Sequence record: PP180004
Direction: 5' to 3' (one strand)
Length of the DNA: 54,557 nucleotides
From: Escherichia phage mEp044
Shown here: piece after piece, positions 17,183 to 25,931 of the stretch
Position numbering within the stretch: position 1 is the stretch's first letter
Layout: every line of letters begins with the position of its first letter
Program-made: the position numbers and the translations under genes
The notes under the pieces: generated by a model
What the model was told of the DNA's origin: nothing
What the model saw: the letters and a program-made list of their open reading frames with translations, nothing else
The model's database searches: none

Positions 17183-17937
17183 GCAAGGCTAAACACTGGT
17201 TAAATAACTGGCTAAGAAGTTGGGTTGTATGGTCGCTGTACGACGGCAGCGGGTACGCCGTTAAAGATTGGGCGGAAGCAGGATATAAATGCTATTGCTT
17301 CAACTATGACGGCGCAAATCACGGCGATTATGAAGGCGTTAAAATAATTCATCCAAATATTGAATATGTCAACGTCTGGATTGATAGCCATTTCCTGGTA
17401 ATGTTCTCCCCTGAATTGTCTGTATATCCAGATCCTGACATTATCTTGGGTTTTCCGCCATGCGACGATCTCGCTGTGTCTGGCGCTCGCTGGTTCGCTG
17501 ACAAGCGAAAAGAAGATCCTGACTTCCAGGTGAAGGCGGCGAATAGCGCCAAACTGGTAGAAAAACTGGCGAATATGCACAACGTGCCGTGGATGGTGGA
17601 AAATCCTGTTGGCGCACTGTCAACTCTATGGCGTAAACCTGATTTTATATTCAACCCGTGCGCTTACGGTGGCTACCTGCCGGAAGATGACAAACATCCT
17701 GCTTTCCCGGATGTTTATCCGCCGCGCGACGCGTACACGAAAAAAACTTGCATATGGTGCGGCAACGGATTCAAACAGCCGCTTTTTAGACCTGTAGATC
17801 TTAACTCTGGTGATAACCCTGGATGGGCGAAAACAGGAGGCAGGACGAAACGAACAAAGATGATTCGCTCACTAACGCCGCGTGGCTTTGCCCGTGCTGT
17901 ATTCCTGGCTAACCATAACAGCGCTTTACCGGACTGA
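17179..17937 (+). CDS. short C5-cytosine methyltransferase-like protein
   Basis: 252 aa; motif I-like LYDGSGY..AGY, motif IV-like GFPPCDD..SG, motif VI-like ENPVG; no obvious target-recognition domain. Confidence 0.55.
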   Translation: MSKAKHWLNNWLRSWVVWSLYDGSGYAVKDWAEAGYKCYCFNYDGANHGDYEGVKIIHPNIEYVNVWIDSHFLVMFSPELSVYPDPDIILGFPPCDDLAVSGARWFADKRKEDPDFQVKAANSAKLVEKLANMHNVPWMVENPVGALSTLWRKPDFIFNPCAYGGYLPEDDKHPAFPDVYPPRDAYTKKTCIWCGNGFKQPLFRPVDLNSGDNPGWAKTGGRTKRTKMIRSLTPRGFARAVFLANHNSALPD

Positions 17938-18096
17938 AATTTACAAAATGGCGTCATTGCGTGATGCTGATCACATAATGGCGCTTTTCACCTTGTTCTG
18001 ACGTATCCATTTTGTATACTTCAAACAAGCAAAATGCTCTTTAAAAATCCGGCAGCGCTGAAATGCGTAGAAATCACCTGAAAAGGAGAGAGCATT

Positions 18097-18273
18097 ATGC
18101 CTTTTGATAATTACCAATGGCATGACGACTATGAACGAGAAAGCGTCATGCGTGCAATGTGCAATGTATGCAGCACGAAGAAAGGAGATTGCAACGAGTG
18201 CAACGAATGTTTAGATCATTGGCTAAGGGCCGGACACGCCGAAAGGCTGAACGAAACAGAGAATCAAAAATAA
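18097..18273 (+). CDS. 58-aa Cys-rich small protein (NinF-like position)
   Basis: manual translation; strong AAAAGGAGAG ribosome-binding site. Confidence 0.45.
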   Translation: MPFDNYQWHDDYERESVMRAMCNVCSTKKGDCNECNECLDHWLRAGHAERLNETENQK

Positions 18274-18287
18274 TCGGGGTGGTTTTT

Positions 18288-18893
18288 ATGCAGAACCCTA
18301 AAAAACCCATACGACGCCGTTGCAAGTGCTGCGGCGTTTTTTTTGAGCCTAAATATCACAATCAAACGTGGTGCAGTGATGAATGTCTGGAAGAACTGAA
18401 GTTTGACCAGCTATGCCGCGACCGTGAAAAGGCTATGAAGGCTATGGAGCGTAAGAAACGACGCGACAGCCAGCGGGAAGAGCGCAACCGGAAGCGGAAG
18501 CAGTTGCACCCGCGAAGCTACTGGATACACCAGGCGCAAACCGTATTTAACGCATACATACGCGAACGAGACGCAGGACAACCGTGTATATCTTGCGGTA
18601 CTTACTATTACGAGCAATGCGGAGCAGACGCGGGCCATTATAGATCTGTGGCGGCGGCTGGGCATCTTCGATTCAACGAAGATAACGTGCATTTACAATG
18701 CAGACATTGCAACCAGATGTTAGACGGCAATATTGAGGCTTATCGACCTGCACTGATTCGAAAAATTGGCCTGGCAAGGGTGGAGGCGCTTGAGAACAAT
18801 AACGAAGTTCACAAATGGACTATCGAAGAATGCAAGGAGATCGCAAAAGTTTATCAGGCTAAGTTAAACGCCTTAAGGAGAAAGGCAGCATGA
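18288..18893 (+). CDS. ninG: NinG/Rap-family protein
   Basis: ORF 18159-18893 with likely start at 18288; Cys/His-rich HNH-like motifs. Confidence 0.7.
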   Translation: MQNPKKPIRRRCKCCGVFFEPKYHNQTWCSDECLEELKFDQLCRDREKAMKAMERKKRRDSQREERNRKRKQLHPRSYWIHQAQTVFNAYIRERDAGQPCISCGTYYYEQCGADAGHYRSVAAAGHLRFNEDNVHLQCRHCNQMLDGNIEAYRPALIRKIGLARVEALENNNEVHKWTIEECKEIAKVYQAKLNALRRKAA

Positions 18894-19318
18894 ACGAATA
18901 TTCTTTTAGCCTGCCTTACCCGCCATCGAATAATCGCTATTACCGACATTCGCGCGGTTTTCACTATATAAGCAAAGTGGGGAAGGAATATCGGGAACAA
19001 GTAAAAGACATCATCGAATTATTAAATTTAAACATCAACCTATCTTGCCGACTGGCAATCGCCATCTATGCCGCGCCGCCGGATAACCGGATCAGAGATC
19101 TGGATAATATCCCTAAATGCCTTTTTGATAGCCTTACTTACGCCGGATTCTGGACCGACGACGGGCAGATCGATTCTATAAAAATTGTCCGCTGCCGGAA
19201 GGTAAAAGGCGGACGCTTGTTTATTAAGATCCGTGAACGCGGCGACCTGCTACCGGATATTGACGAATACGCGACGAATATGTGGGGTGACAATGGAGCT
19301 AATAAACATTGTTGTTAA
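18890..19318 (+). CDS. rusA: RusA Holliday-junction resolvase
   Basis: 142 aa; PPSNNRYY and LDNIPKCLFDSLTYAGFWTDDGQI motifs. Confidence 0.8.
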   Translation: MNEYSFSLPYPPSNNRYYRHSRGFHYISKVGKEYREQVKDIIELLNLNINLSCRLAIAIYAAPPDNRIRDLDNIPKCLFDSLTYAGFWTDDGQIDSIKIVRCRKVKGGRLFIKIRERGDLLPDIDEYATNMWGDNGANKHCC

Positions 19319-19529
19319 ATGTACTCAATCAAGCGTCGATTTTTTCACTGAAGGTAAAAAATATTCAGGTTTTATAAAGCATGGGTGCTTTGCTTTCATT
19401 CTACAAGACGATCTTGTATCTGATTTCGACGACGCCGACGCATGGCGATTAGTCCAGTATTTCCCGTCAAAAAATGAGTATTTTTTGCAGGGTCATTTTA
19501 AAACTCGGTTTAAGGTGGTAGAGAAATGA
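19293..19529 (+). CDS. hypothetical protein
   Basis: ORF 19233-19529 trimmed to ATG 19293. Confidence 0.35.
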   Translation: MELINIVVKCTQSSVDFFTEGKKYSGFIKHGCFAFILQDDLVSDFDDADAWRLVQYFPSKNEYFLQGHFKTRFKVVEK

Positions 19530-19708
19530 AAAACGAAATTAAAGATCTGCAAATAGATATTCAGCGCGATGAGCATGATTTAGAAACTGTACGACAAATA
19601 CAGGCTTTCCACATGCGAGAACTGCTTGCGCTGAAAGAGCTTGAGAGGAAGCTAGTCCAATCAATATCTGATCGTAAACGTCTGGTTGCTCGTTACGGGG
19701 GCAAATAA
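19526..19708 (+). CDS. hypothetical coiled-coil protein
   Basis: 60-aa ORF. Confidence 0.35.
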   Translation: MKNEIKDLQIDIQRDEHDLETVRQIQAFHMRELLALKELERKLVQSISDRKRLVARYGGK

Positions 19709-20430
19709 TGAATCTGGAATCAATTCTTAAATTCCACTTCCCAAAATCACCTCGTTTGTCAGATGAAAGCCGGGGCACGTCCCCTGATGCGCTTAATACT
19801 ACTGATGCACTAACTGCCGCAGGTATGGCGCAATCGCGCGTAGAGCTTGGTTACAGCGCTTTTTTAGGGAAGATGGAACTATCACAAGCAGAAAAACATA
19901 AGGCCGTAGTTTTGCTTATAGAGCGTTTAAGGGCTATGGCAAAAGACTATGAATACGTTATGGAACTGGACGAGGCCAAACGCAATGATCTCATTATTCT
20001 TATTGCCGTTTTCGCGTTTCGGGATTATTGCCAGAGTGCCGCGACGGGAAAAACTTGCCCGGAGTGCGGCGGATATAAATTTACGTTTGACGAATACGGA
20101 GAAAAACACCTTTGCAAAAAATGCAAGGGGCATGGGACAGTTCGCAATCATTGTAAACAATGCAAGGGTCGGGGCGAAGTACCGGATAAAGCAGCCAGTG
20201 AAGCGGCGGAAATGCCAGTGTTCAAAACGTGCCAGCACTGCGGCGGGCGCGGGTATCCGCGTTTCCCTGTAGATCTCGTTCGGCAGGCTGTCAATCAGCT
20301 TGTCTTTCCGGTAAGCCGATCAACGTGGTGGAAGAAATACCGCGCTTTCTATGAAGACGCCATTGCTGAATTGTTCAAAGAAGAGGCGCGTGCTGATAAC
20401 GAAATTAAACGAGTTACGAGGGGTGAATAA
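19708..20430 (+). CDS. Q: lambda-type late antiterminator Q
   Basis: 240 aa; N-terminus (ESILKFHFPKSPRLSDESRGTS...AAGMAQS...ELSQAEKHKAV) and Cys-rich FAFRDYCQSAATGKTCPECGG region resemble lambda Q. Confidence 0.8.
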   Translation: MNLESILKFHFPKSPRLSDESRGTSPDALNTTDALTAAGMAQSRVELGYSAFLGKMELSQAEKHKAVVLLIERLRAMAKDYEYVMELDEAKRNDLIILIAVFAFRDYCQSAATGKTCPECGGYKFTFDEYGEKHLCKKCKGHGTVRNHCKQCKGRGEVPDKAASEAAEMPVFKTCQHCGGRGYPRFPVDLVRQAVNQLVFPVSRSTWWKKYRAFYEDAIAELFKEEARADNEIKRVTRGE

Positions 20431-20699
20431 TGAAGCCTAAATTAAAGGAGCATCTATTTGCAAAGCTGGTTAATGACCTGACATTATCCGCGCGGTTGTG
20501 CCGTGATACACAACAATTAAGGGCGTGGATAGCAAGGGATTTAAGAAAATACATTGAGCCAGGCGGACCAGGCGACAAAATGACTATGGACAAGGCCATC
20601 AAACGCCGTTCGGCTGATTGGTCAGTTAGTAACACAGGATTAACCGGATACATCGAAGGCTATAACGACTGTTTACAGGATCATAGCGATGGCAAATAA
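20430..20699 (+). CDS. hypothetical protein
   Basis: 89-aa ORF, ATGA overlap with Q stop. Confidence 0.4.
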   Translation: MKPKLKEHLFAKLVNDLTLSARLCRDTQQLRAWIARDLRKYIEPGGPGDKMTMDKAIKRRSADWSVSNTGLTGYIEGYNDCLQDHSDGK

Positions 20700-20988
20700 A
20701 CACTTACATTTAAATTTAAAAGGGGAATACTTTCACGCTATCCGGGCGGGAAAGAAGGTGGAGGAATACCGGCTTTATAATGACTACTGGCGGAAACGCC
20801 TGGAAGGGCGGGAATACACAAGATTAATCATCAAATGGGGATACCCGGCTAACAACGAGAAGGAACGAATACTGATTCTTCCTTATATGGGATACACAAT
20901 CAAGACGATTCAGCATCCTTTGTTTGGTGACGATCCTGTTAAGGTTTTTGCTATCCACTGCGATATTTATTGGCAATATAGGTTTTAG
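20689..20988 (+). CDS. ASCH/PUA-like small protein
   Basis: 99 aa; pattern resembles ASCH/DUF3850 proteins. Confidence 0.4.
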   Translation: MANKHLHLNLKGEYFHAIRAGKKVEEYRLYNDYWRKRLEGREYTRLIIKWGYPANNEKERILILPYMGYTIKTIQHPLFGDDPVKVFAIHCDIYWQYRF

Positions 20989-20991
20989 AAT

Positions 20992-21207
20992 ATGAAAAGT
21001 AACCGTAAACGCCTGGTAAGGGCATATGACAAAGCATTAAAGGCTTTTGATGATCTGCGACACAATAAGCGCAAGCGTCGCACATGGGCGCGTGTGCTTG
21101 TTCGTGAATGGCATTATTCTGATGCTTTTATGGAAAGCGCACCGCTATTAACACAAGAACAAGCCGACGAAGTAGCTAACGATAACGTTTATTATATGAT
21201 GTGGTGA
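20992..21207 (+). CDS. hypothetical protein
   Basis: 71-aa ORF. Confidence 0.35.
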   Translation: MKSNRKRLVRAYDKALKAFDDLRHNKRKRRTWARVLVREWHYSDAFMESAPLLTQEQADEVANDNVYYMMW

Positions 21208-21257
21208 TAATATGCAAATAATCATTGATTATCTCTGTCATGCTGTGAATACGCTTT

Positions 21258-21578
21258 TTGGTTTTTTATCAACAACCATTCCTAAGAGAATGGGATGAAA
21301 TGCTTAATGACATCATTGATGAGGGGATAATAGTTGCGGTTGACGAATTAACAATTACGTTCAATTACGAAGGAAAAGAATACGAAATATGGGTAGGGAA
21401 TAGATGGTACTCATACGGGCATATATATTCAATTGGCGGCAAGCACATTAAACGCAGCCAGGAGTTCAGGCCACGATTCCGCACAATGCGCCGCCTGCGT
21501 GATCTGCATATAGGTATATTTGACGAGCAGGAAGAGCGCGAACTATTCAAGATATACGGGGATAAATCATGGAATTAA
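21258..21578 (+). CDS. hypothetical protein
   Basis: 106-aa ORF. Confidence 0.4.
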   Translation: MVFYQQPFLREWDEMLNDIIDEGIIVAVDELTITFNYEGKEYEIWVGNRWYSYGHIYSIGGKHIKRSQEFRPRFRTMRRLRDLHIGIFDEQEERELFKIYGDKSWN

Positions 21579-21799
21579 AAATCTGGCAGGCTATCGACGT
21601 TGTTGATAACGCGTTGTCTATGTTCGCCACTGATGGAAAACGCGTGGCGATTATTACATGGACGCATCACTATGATGATATTGCTTTTCGTCGCAGGACT
21701 GCGGAGTGGTTTTTCTTAGAAGGCGGCTACACGATGAACATCGCACAGCTTGCCAGAATGAAAGATGAAAAGCTGGTTGACAGCTACACAATTGCGTAA
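21569..21799 (+). CDS. hypothetical protein
   Basis: 76-aa ORF. Confidence 0.35.
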   Translation: MELKIWQAIDVVDNALSMFATDGKRVAIITWTHHYDDIAFRRRTAEWFFLEGGYTMNIAQLARMKDEKLVDSYTIA

Positions 21800-21809
21800 C
21801 GGGGTTGAT

Positions 21810-22040
21810 ATGCGTATCTATGAGCACAAGCGGGATAAAACCCGCTTTTTTGTTCGTGCTGGCGTTGCGTACCAGTATCACGAATGCGGTTACATTGAGG
21901 CGCTCGCTTACGATCTGGATTTCGAGCAAGAAAAGGCATGGTTCGATTTTAAAATTTACCGTAAGCGCAAACCTACGCGCGACGAGCGACACGCTATCCG
22001 TGACTTTTTAATCAGTATTGAGCGCTGGGAGACAGATTAA
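21810..22040 (+). CDS. hypothetical protein
   Basis: ORF 21765-22040 trimmed to ATG 21810. Confidence 0.35.
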   Translation: MRIYEHKRDKTRFFVRAGVAYQYHECGYIEALAYDLDFEQEKAWFDFKIYRKRKPTRDERHAIRDFLISIERWETD

Positions 22041-22267
22041 TGAAAGTCAAATTTTTGCACGATCACGGTTATCCGTCACTGAAACAGGTTGTTGGTAAGG
22101 TGGTTAACGTCGTTCATAGTGATAATGTCACTTGCATGATTAACGGTGCTGACCTCATTGCCGCTGGCGCTGATGATCATTACATTAATCCGGCATGGTC
22201 GTATACGTTCAGCCTGAGTGACTTCGTTGGCGATAAGGGGCGCGGGCTTGAAGTAGTCGAGGGTTAA
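22040..22267 (+). CDS. hypothetical protein
   Basis: 75-aa ORF. Confidence 0.35.
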   Translation: MKVKFLHDHGYPSLKQVVGKVVNVVHSDNVTCMINGADLIAAGADDHYINPAWSYTFSLSDFVGDKGRGLEVVEG

Positions 22268-22271
22268 CATC

Positions 22272-22520
22272 ATGGACGTTTACGAAGATCTGTACCTTCA
22301 GACAAATACCAACACTTTTTATTTTCTGAAAAACGGCGTCGTGTATCGCAGTGACGACGGGGTGATAATGAAAGAGTGGTTATTTAAGCGTGAAGACCTA
22401 CTCGACGATCTGGTTTTTGCCGGGGTATTCCGTAAACGTCCGGCTAACCTGGAAGAAGAAATGTTGATAGAGGTATATCAAAATGAAAATCAGGGTAAGT
22501 TATTTCCGGGCGAAAGATAA
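22272..22520 (+). CDS. hypothetical protein
   Basis: 82-aa ORF. Confidence 0.35.
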   Translation: MDVYEDLYLQTNTNTFYFLKNGVVYRSDDGVIMKEWLFKREDLLDDLVFAGVFRKRPANLEEEMLIEVYQNENQGKLFPGER

Positions 22521-22734
22521 GGCAACAGGAAAGCAGATGGCGATCCTGGTTAACGAGGCGCGTTACATGTTTGTGCTTCAACCGTGGTGTATGGCTGACT
22601 ATAACGATGATTATCGCCGTCACGCTGCGCGAAGTGCGGTAGGCATGAAAGGATGGCAACCTCGCGACATGGAAAACTATTGTGAATGGAAATTGGTTGC
22701 AAAGTACACGGTCGATTATAAAGGGGTTTTCTGA
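22483..22734 (+). CDS. hypothetical protein
   Basis: 83-aa ORF. Confidence 0.35.
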   Translation: MKIRVSYFRAKDKATGKQMAILVNEARYMFVLQPWCMADYNDDYRRHAARSAVGMKGWQPRDMENYCEWKLVAKYTVDYKGVF

Positions 22735-22736
22735 TT

Positions 22737-22955
22737 ATGTTTGCAAGATGCGTTTACTCTGACACTGTTCATTTTACTGTTGGCGAGTTATATAGCGTTG
22801 ACCTTCTCAACGGGTCTAATTGGCGACGCGCTGGCGGTATTCATTATGTAAAAGATAATGATGGCGATGCGTGGAAATTTTACGGCGATCATGCAAAAGG
22901 GGTTGTTAAGGGAGGATTTGACAATCGAGTTATGGCGCGTTTCTCTAAGTGGTGA
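22737..22955 (+). CDS. small protein, paralog family A (DxDGxxWxFY motif)
   Basis: 72 aa; shares motif with 22965 and 23207 ORFs. Confidence 0.4.
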   Translation: MFARCVYSDTVHFTVGELYSVDLLNGSNWRRAGGIHYVKDNDGDAWKFYGDHAKGVVKGGFDNRVMARFSKW

Positions 22956-22964
22956 GGTAGTGTT

Positions 22965-23204
22965 ATGAGACAGAATCAGAGATACCAGTGCACATACTCA
23001 CGATGCAGCGCGTTTTTTAAGAATGGCAAGATCTACGAAGTCGGCGCGGCATTGGTTGACGCAAAGAATCAGGAATATATTCACGCCATTACTGACGACC
23101 AGGGTCAGTTATGGCGCTTTTATAAGATGGGGTGCGGCACGGCGCTTGTTTATGCTCGTGCTGGTGGTGGTGCTTTTGCTGCGTTTTCGTATGTAGGGGT
23201 ATGA
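22965..23204 (+). CDS. small protein, paralog family A
   Basis: 79 aa; TDDQGQLWRFY motif. Confidence 0.4.
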   Translation: MRQNQRYQCTYSRCSAFFKNGKIYEVGAALVDAKNQEYIHAITDDQGQLWRFYKMGCGTALVYARAGGGAFAAFSYVGV

Positions 23205-23206
23205 AA

Positions 23207-23425
23207 ATGATTTTAACGTGTAACGAGTCGGAATTAGGCTGTTTTGAGGAAGGCGCACAGTATACGGCTGAAAAACCGATGGGATTGTCGCCTAAGCTGC
23301 CGTTTATCGTCGTGACTGACACTCACGGTCACTTATGGTATGCGGAACCGCGCCGTGGCGTTGGTCGCTACGTTGTCCGTAGTTCGGACGGGATGATGAA
23401 GGTTACTTTTACGGAAGAAACTTAA
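23207..23425 (+). CDS. small protein, paralog family A
   Basis: ORF 23132-23425 trimmed to ATG 23207; TDTHGHLWY motif. Confidence 0.35.
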   Translation: MILTCNESELGCFEEGAQYTAEKPMGLSPKLPFIVVTDTHGHLWYAEPRRGVGRYVVRSSDGMMKVTFTEET

Positions 23426-23426
23426 A

Positions 23427-23442
23427 TGTGATCTGTATCACA
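23427..23442. promoter_or_regulatory. perfect CRP-type palindrome TGTGA-N6-TCACA, adjacent to a TTTACGAAATGG motif
   Basis: tgtgatctgtatcaca read directly, upstream of the 23522 ORF. Confidence 0.35.
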
Positions 23443-23521
23443 ATGTTTACGAAATGGCATTGTTTCGGCAGTGCCGTTTTGTTATATATAAGTCAAAGAA
23501 AGACGGAAGAGGAGGCAAGAA

Positions 23522-23660
23522 AATGAACGCTAACGCTAAATATCCGGCATGGGTTTTTGAACTATACGCACGATACTTTGAATTGCTGGCACCAGGTGAA
23601 GAAGCATTAAGCATTGACGAATACGCGGAGTGTTTGGGGTTCAAAGAAGGCAAGGAATGA
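23522..23660 (+). CDS. hypothetical 45-aa protein
   Basis: ORF 23454-23660 trimmed to ATG 23522 preceded by GGAGGCAAG. Confidence 0.35.
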
Positions 23661-23706
23661 TAAGGTACGGGGTCGGATGGCCCCATCAAATCAGAAGGGT
23701 TGAATT

Positions 23707-24006
23707 ATGAAAAGCAATAAGTTCATTGCTTGCTGTTTTGTTGAAGTGCCTAAAGATGATGTTTTCTGTAATTATGAATTTAAAGATAGTTTAGGCAGAT
23801 CTCATGTTGTTGTTGGTAAGCGCGGAGACTGGTTATATATCACTGATGGTGACAGGATCTTCACCAAAAACCAGTTATTAAGAATAAAGGCAGAAAATAA
23901 TGAAATGCCGGTAGGCAATATGTGGATCATGAACTACCACGCCTGCCTGTGTTTAAAGCATGACGCGGTGAATAAAGCGCGTAGCTTACCTGGTGCTGAA
24001 TTTTAA
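23707..24006 (+). CDS. hypothetical protein
   Basis: 99-aa ORF. Confidence 0.4.
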   Translation: MKSNKFIACCFVEVPKDDVFCNYEFKDSLGRSHVVVGKRGDWLYITDGDRIFTKNQLLRIKAENNEMPVGNMWIMNYHACLCLKHDAVNKARSLPGAEF

Positions 24007-24029
24007 TTTCTTGTTAAGGAGAATAATCA

Positions 24030-24353
24030 ATGTCTAAATTTATCAGCGTTAAGGTTTTCCGTGGCACTTTACCGAACGAAGAAAAACTTGGGCAATTCGC
24101 CGGACAACCTGGCGCATGTTTCCGTGTAGCCACTGACGACGAAGCTAACGTAAAGTGCTTCCATGTATCTGAACCGCCTTTTGACGTGAAACACCTTGAT
24201 GATACAAATCACGTTAAGCATTTTGTTTTTGCATCTGTGGTGCTTAATCCTTGCCCTGATGTTGATGTGGAATTGATTGGAGCTGAACTGGTGGCGGAAT
24301 ACAAAATGACTGAAGGTGTGACAGGGGGAATTGACATTGAGCGCATCAAATAA
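24030..24353 (+). CDS. hypothetical protein
   Basis: 107-aa ORF preceded by AAGGAGAA. Confidence 0.45.
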   Translation: MSKFISVKVFRGTLPNEEKLGQFAGQPGACFRVATDDEANVKCFHVSEPPFDVKHLDDTNHVKHFVFASVVLNPCPDVDVELIGAELVAEYKMTEGVTGGIDIERIK

Positions 24354-24591
24354 GGTATACAAGATCAGGTGTAAAGGCGAATATCCTGGATTTACGATTG
24401 GTTGCGAATACATGGGCCACATTGGGTATGGCCCTTTCGGTGAATTAGGGATGAATACGATGGACGACGACGGCGACAGCAGGACGCTTGATCTTGATTC
24501 TGATGATTTCGAATACATCCCGCCAGTAACTTACCGTGCCGTTGATGATTTCATGGCTGAACATGAAGACGAGGACGATGATTATGATTGA
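24337..24591 (+). CDS. small protein with strongly acidic C-terminus
   Basis: ORF 24331-24591; start uncertain (TTG 24337 or an internal ATG); ends DDFMAEHEDEDDDYD. Confidence 0.35.
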   Translation: MSASNKVYKIRCKGEYPGFTIGCEYMGHIGYGPFGELGMNTMDDDGDSRTLDLDSDDFEYIPPVTYRAVDDFMAEHEDEDDDYD

Positions 24592-24778
24592 ATGTCTTAT
24601 TGCTGTGACTGTTTTGCTTTATATCGCTGGCGCGATCCTGATGTCATGTTTTATTAGATTTAGCGGCGCTAAACCTGGTGGCCTTGAGATTCCTTTCTGG
24701 CCTGTAGTGGTGTTTCTCGCTTTCTTTGATGCTACGGCAGAGCAGATCAGGCGAGCTATTAAGGAGCGCAAGAAATGA
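24578..24778 (+). CDS. small membrane protein
   Basis: ORF 24536-24778 trimmed to ATG 24578; two hydrophobic helices. Confidence 0.35.
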   Translation: MIMIECLIAVTVLLYIAGAILMSCFIRFSGAKPGGLEIPFWPVVVFLAFFDATAEQIRRAIKERKK

Positions 24779-24957
24779 TTGAAGATGGGATCTATGGTGT
24801 AAACCTGATGGAAAACGTTTTTTACATGGTGGAAGGCGATACCGTAACAATCAGCGTAGATGGTGGGGAATATGTAGAGCCATTCTTCAAAACAACAAGG
24901 GAAGACATTAAGCGAAGCGTTGATAACGGTATACTATTTAAGGTTGGCGAGCTATGA
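24775..24957 (+). CDS. small protein, paralog family B
   Basis: 60 aa; GDTVTISVDGGEYVEP...DNGILFK. Confidence 0.35.
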   Translation: MIEDGIYGVNLMENVFYMVEGDTVTISVDGGEYVEPFFKTTREDIKRSVDNGILFKVGEL

Positions 24958-25130
24958 ACGAGATTGAAGACGGTATCTATTTAAGCAAGTTATTTGACAT
25001 CGCCTATTTACTTAAAGGTGATAAGGTGATGATACAAAGTACAGACAATCCATACTGGGAATCAAGCAACGTGGATCGTGAACACCTGCAAACATTATTT
25101 GATAACGGCATGATATACAGAAAGCAGTAA
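24954..25130 (+). CDS. small protein, paralog family B
   Basis: manual translation, 58 aa; GDKVMIQSTDNPYWES...DNGMIYRK, parallel to the preceding ORF. Confidence 0.35.
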   Translation: MNEIEDGIYLSKLFDIAYLLKGDKVMIQSTDNPYWESSNVDREHLQTLFDNGMIYRKQ

Positions 25131-25138
25131 AGCCGTAT

Positions 25139-25167
25139 TTGTGGAGCGAAAACAAACAGATTAAAAT
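25139..25167 (+). promoter_or_regulatory. candidate late promoter (pR-prime-like): TTGTGG, 17 bp, TAAAAT
   Basis: -35/-10 with 17-bp spacer, 30 bp upstream of a terminator and just before the holin gene. Confidence 0.45.
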
Positions 25168-25195
25168 ATTCTCTAACAATGCGAAACTGTAACTA

Positions 25196-25217
25196 CCCGG
25201 CCCTGCGCCGGGTTTTT
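25196..25217 (+). terminator. rho-independent terminator between the late promoter and the holin gene (tR-prime-like, candidate target of Q)
   Basis: hairpin cccggc-cctgc-gccggg followed by TTTTT. Confidence 0.55.
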
Positions 25218-25237
25218 GCTTTGTTGGAGGTAAATCT

Positions 25238-25438
25238 ATGTTCGACAGAATACGGGCGGCGTGCGCTTATGTTACTGGGACCGTAACCGCTTTTTTCGGT
25301 GCTATAACCATTAATGATGTTGCCGTCTTCGTGGGTATCCTATCAACCATTGGCACATTTGCCGTTAATTATTACTTCAAATCACAGGAGAACAAGCGAG
25401 CGCAAGAGGAACACGACGCGCGAATGGGGAATAAGTAA
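25238..25438 (+). CDS. holin, phage-21 S-like (pinholin-type)
   Basis: 66 aa, two TM helices, charged C-terminus, directly upstream of a SAR endolysin. Confidence 0.75.
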   Translation: MFDRIRAACAYVTGTVTAFFGAITINDVAVFVGILSTIGTFAVNYYFKSQENKRAQEEHDARMGNK

Positions 25439-25439
25439 C

Positions 25440-25931
25440 ATGATTAGCCAATCGCTGAAAAACAAAATTGTTGCGGCGGCGGCTGGTGGGGCGATCGCTA
25501 TTGCGGCGGTGATGATTAAGCCATTAGAGGGCGTGGAATACGATCCTTATCGTGATGTTGTTGGTGTATGGACTGTTTGCTATGGTCACACCGGAAAAGA
25601 CATCATGTTGGGCAAGACTTACACGCAATCAGAATGCGATGCTTTGTTAAATAAAGATCTACACAAGACCGCAAAAGCGATTGACCCATATATCAAAGTC
25701 GAAATATCAGATTTTACCCGCGCAGCACTTTATTCATTCGCCTATAACGTAGGCGCAACCAACTTCAAAACATCAACCTTATTAAAACTACTCAATGACG
25801 GTAAGAAATCAGAAGCGTGCGCACAGCTTAAACGTTGGGTATACGCTGGCGGTAAGAAGTGGCAAGGCCTGGTAAACCGCCGCGAGGTTGAATATGCCGT
25901 TTGCGAATGGGGTGAGACATGGACAAGGTGA
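25440..25931 (+). CDS. SAR endolysin (T4-lysozyme-like muramidase with N-terminal signal-anchor-release helix)
   Basis: ORF 25314-25931 with start at ATG 25440; strong resemblance to phage-21 R ([33 protein letters not shown]). Confidence 0.85.
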   Translation: MISQSLKNKIVAAAAGGAIAIAAVMIKPLEGVEYDPYRDVVGVWTVCYGHTGKDIMLGKTYTQSECDALLNKDLHKTAKAIDPYIKVEISDFTRAALYSFAYNVGATNFKTSTLLKLLNDGKKSEACAQLKRWVYAGGKKWQGLVNRREVEYAVCEWGETWTR

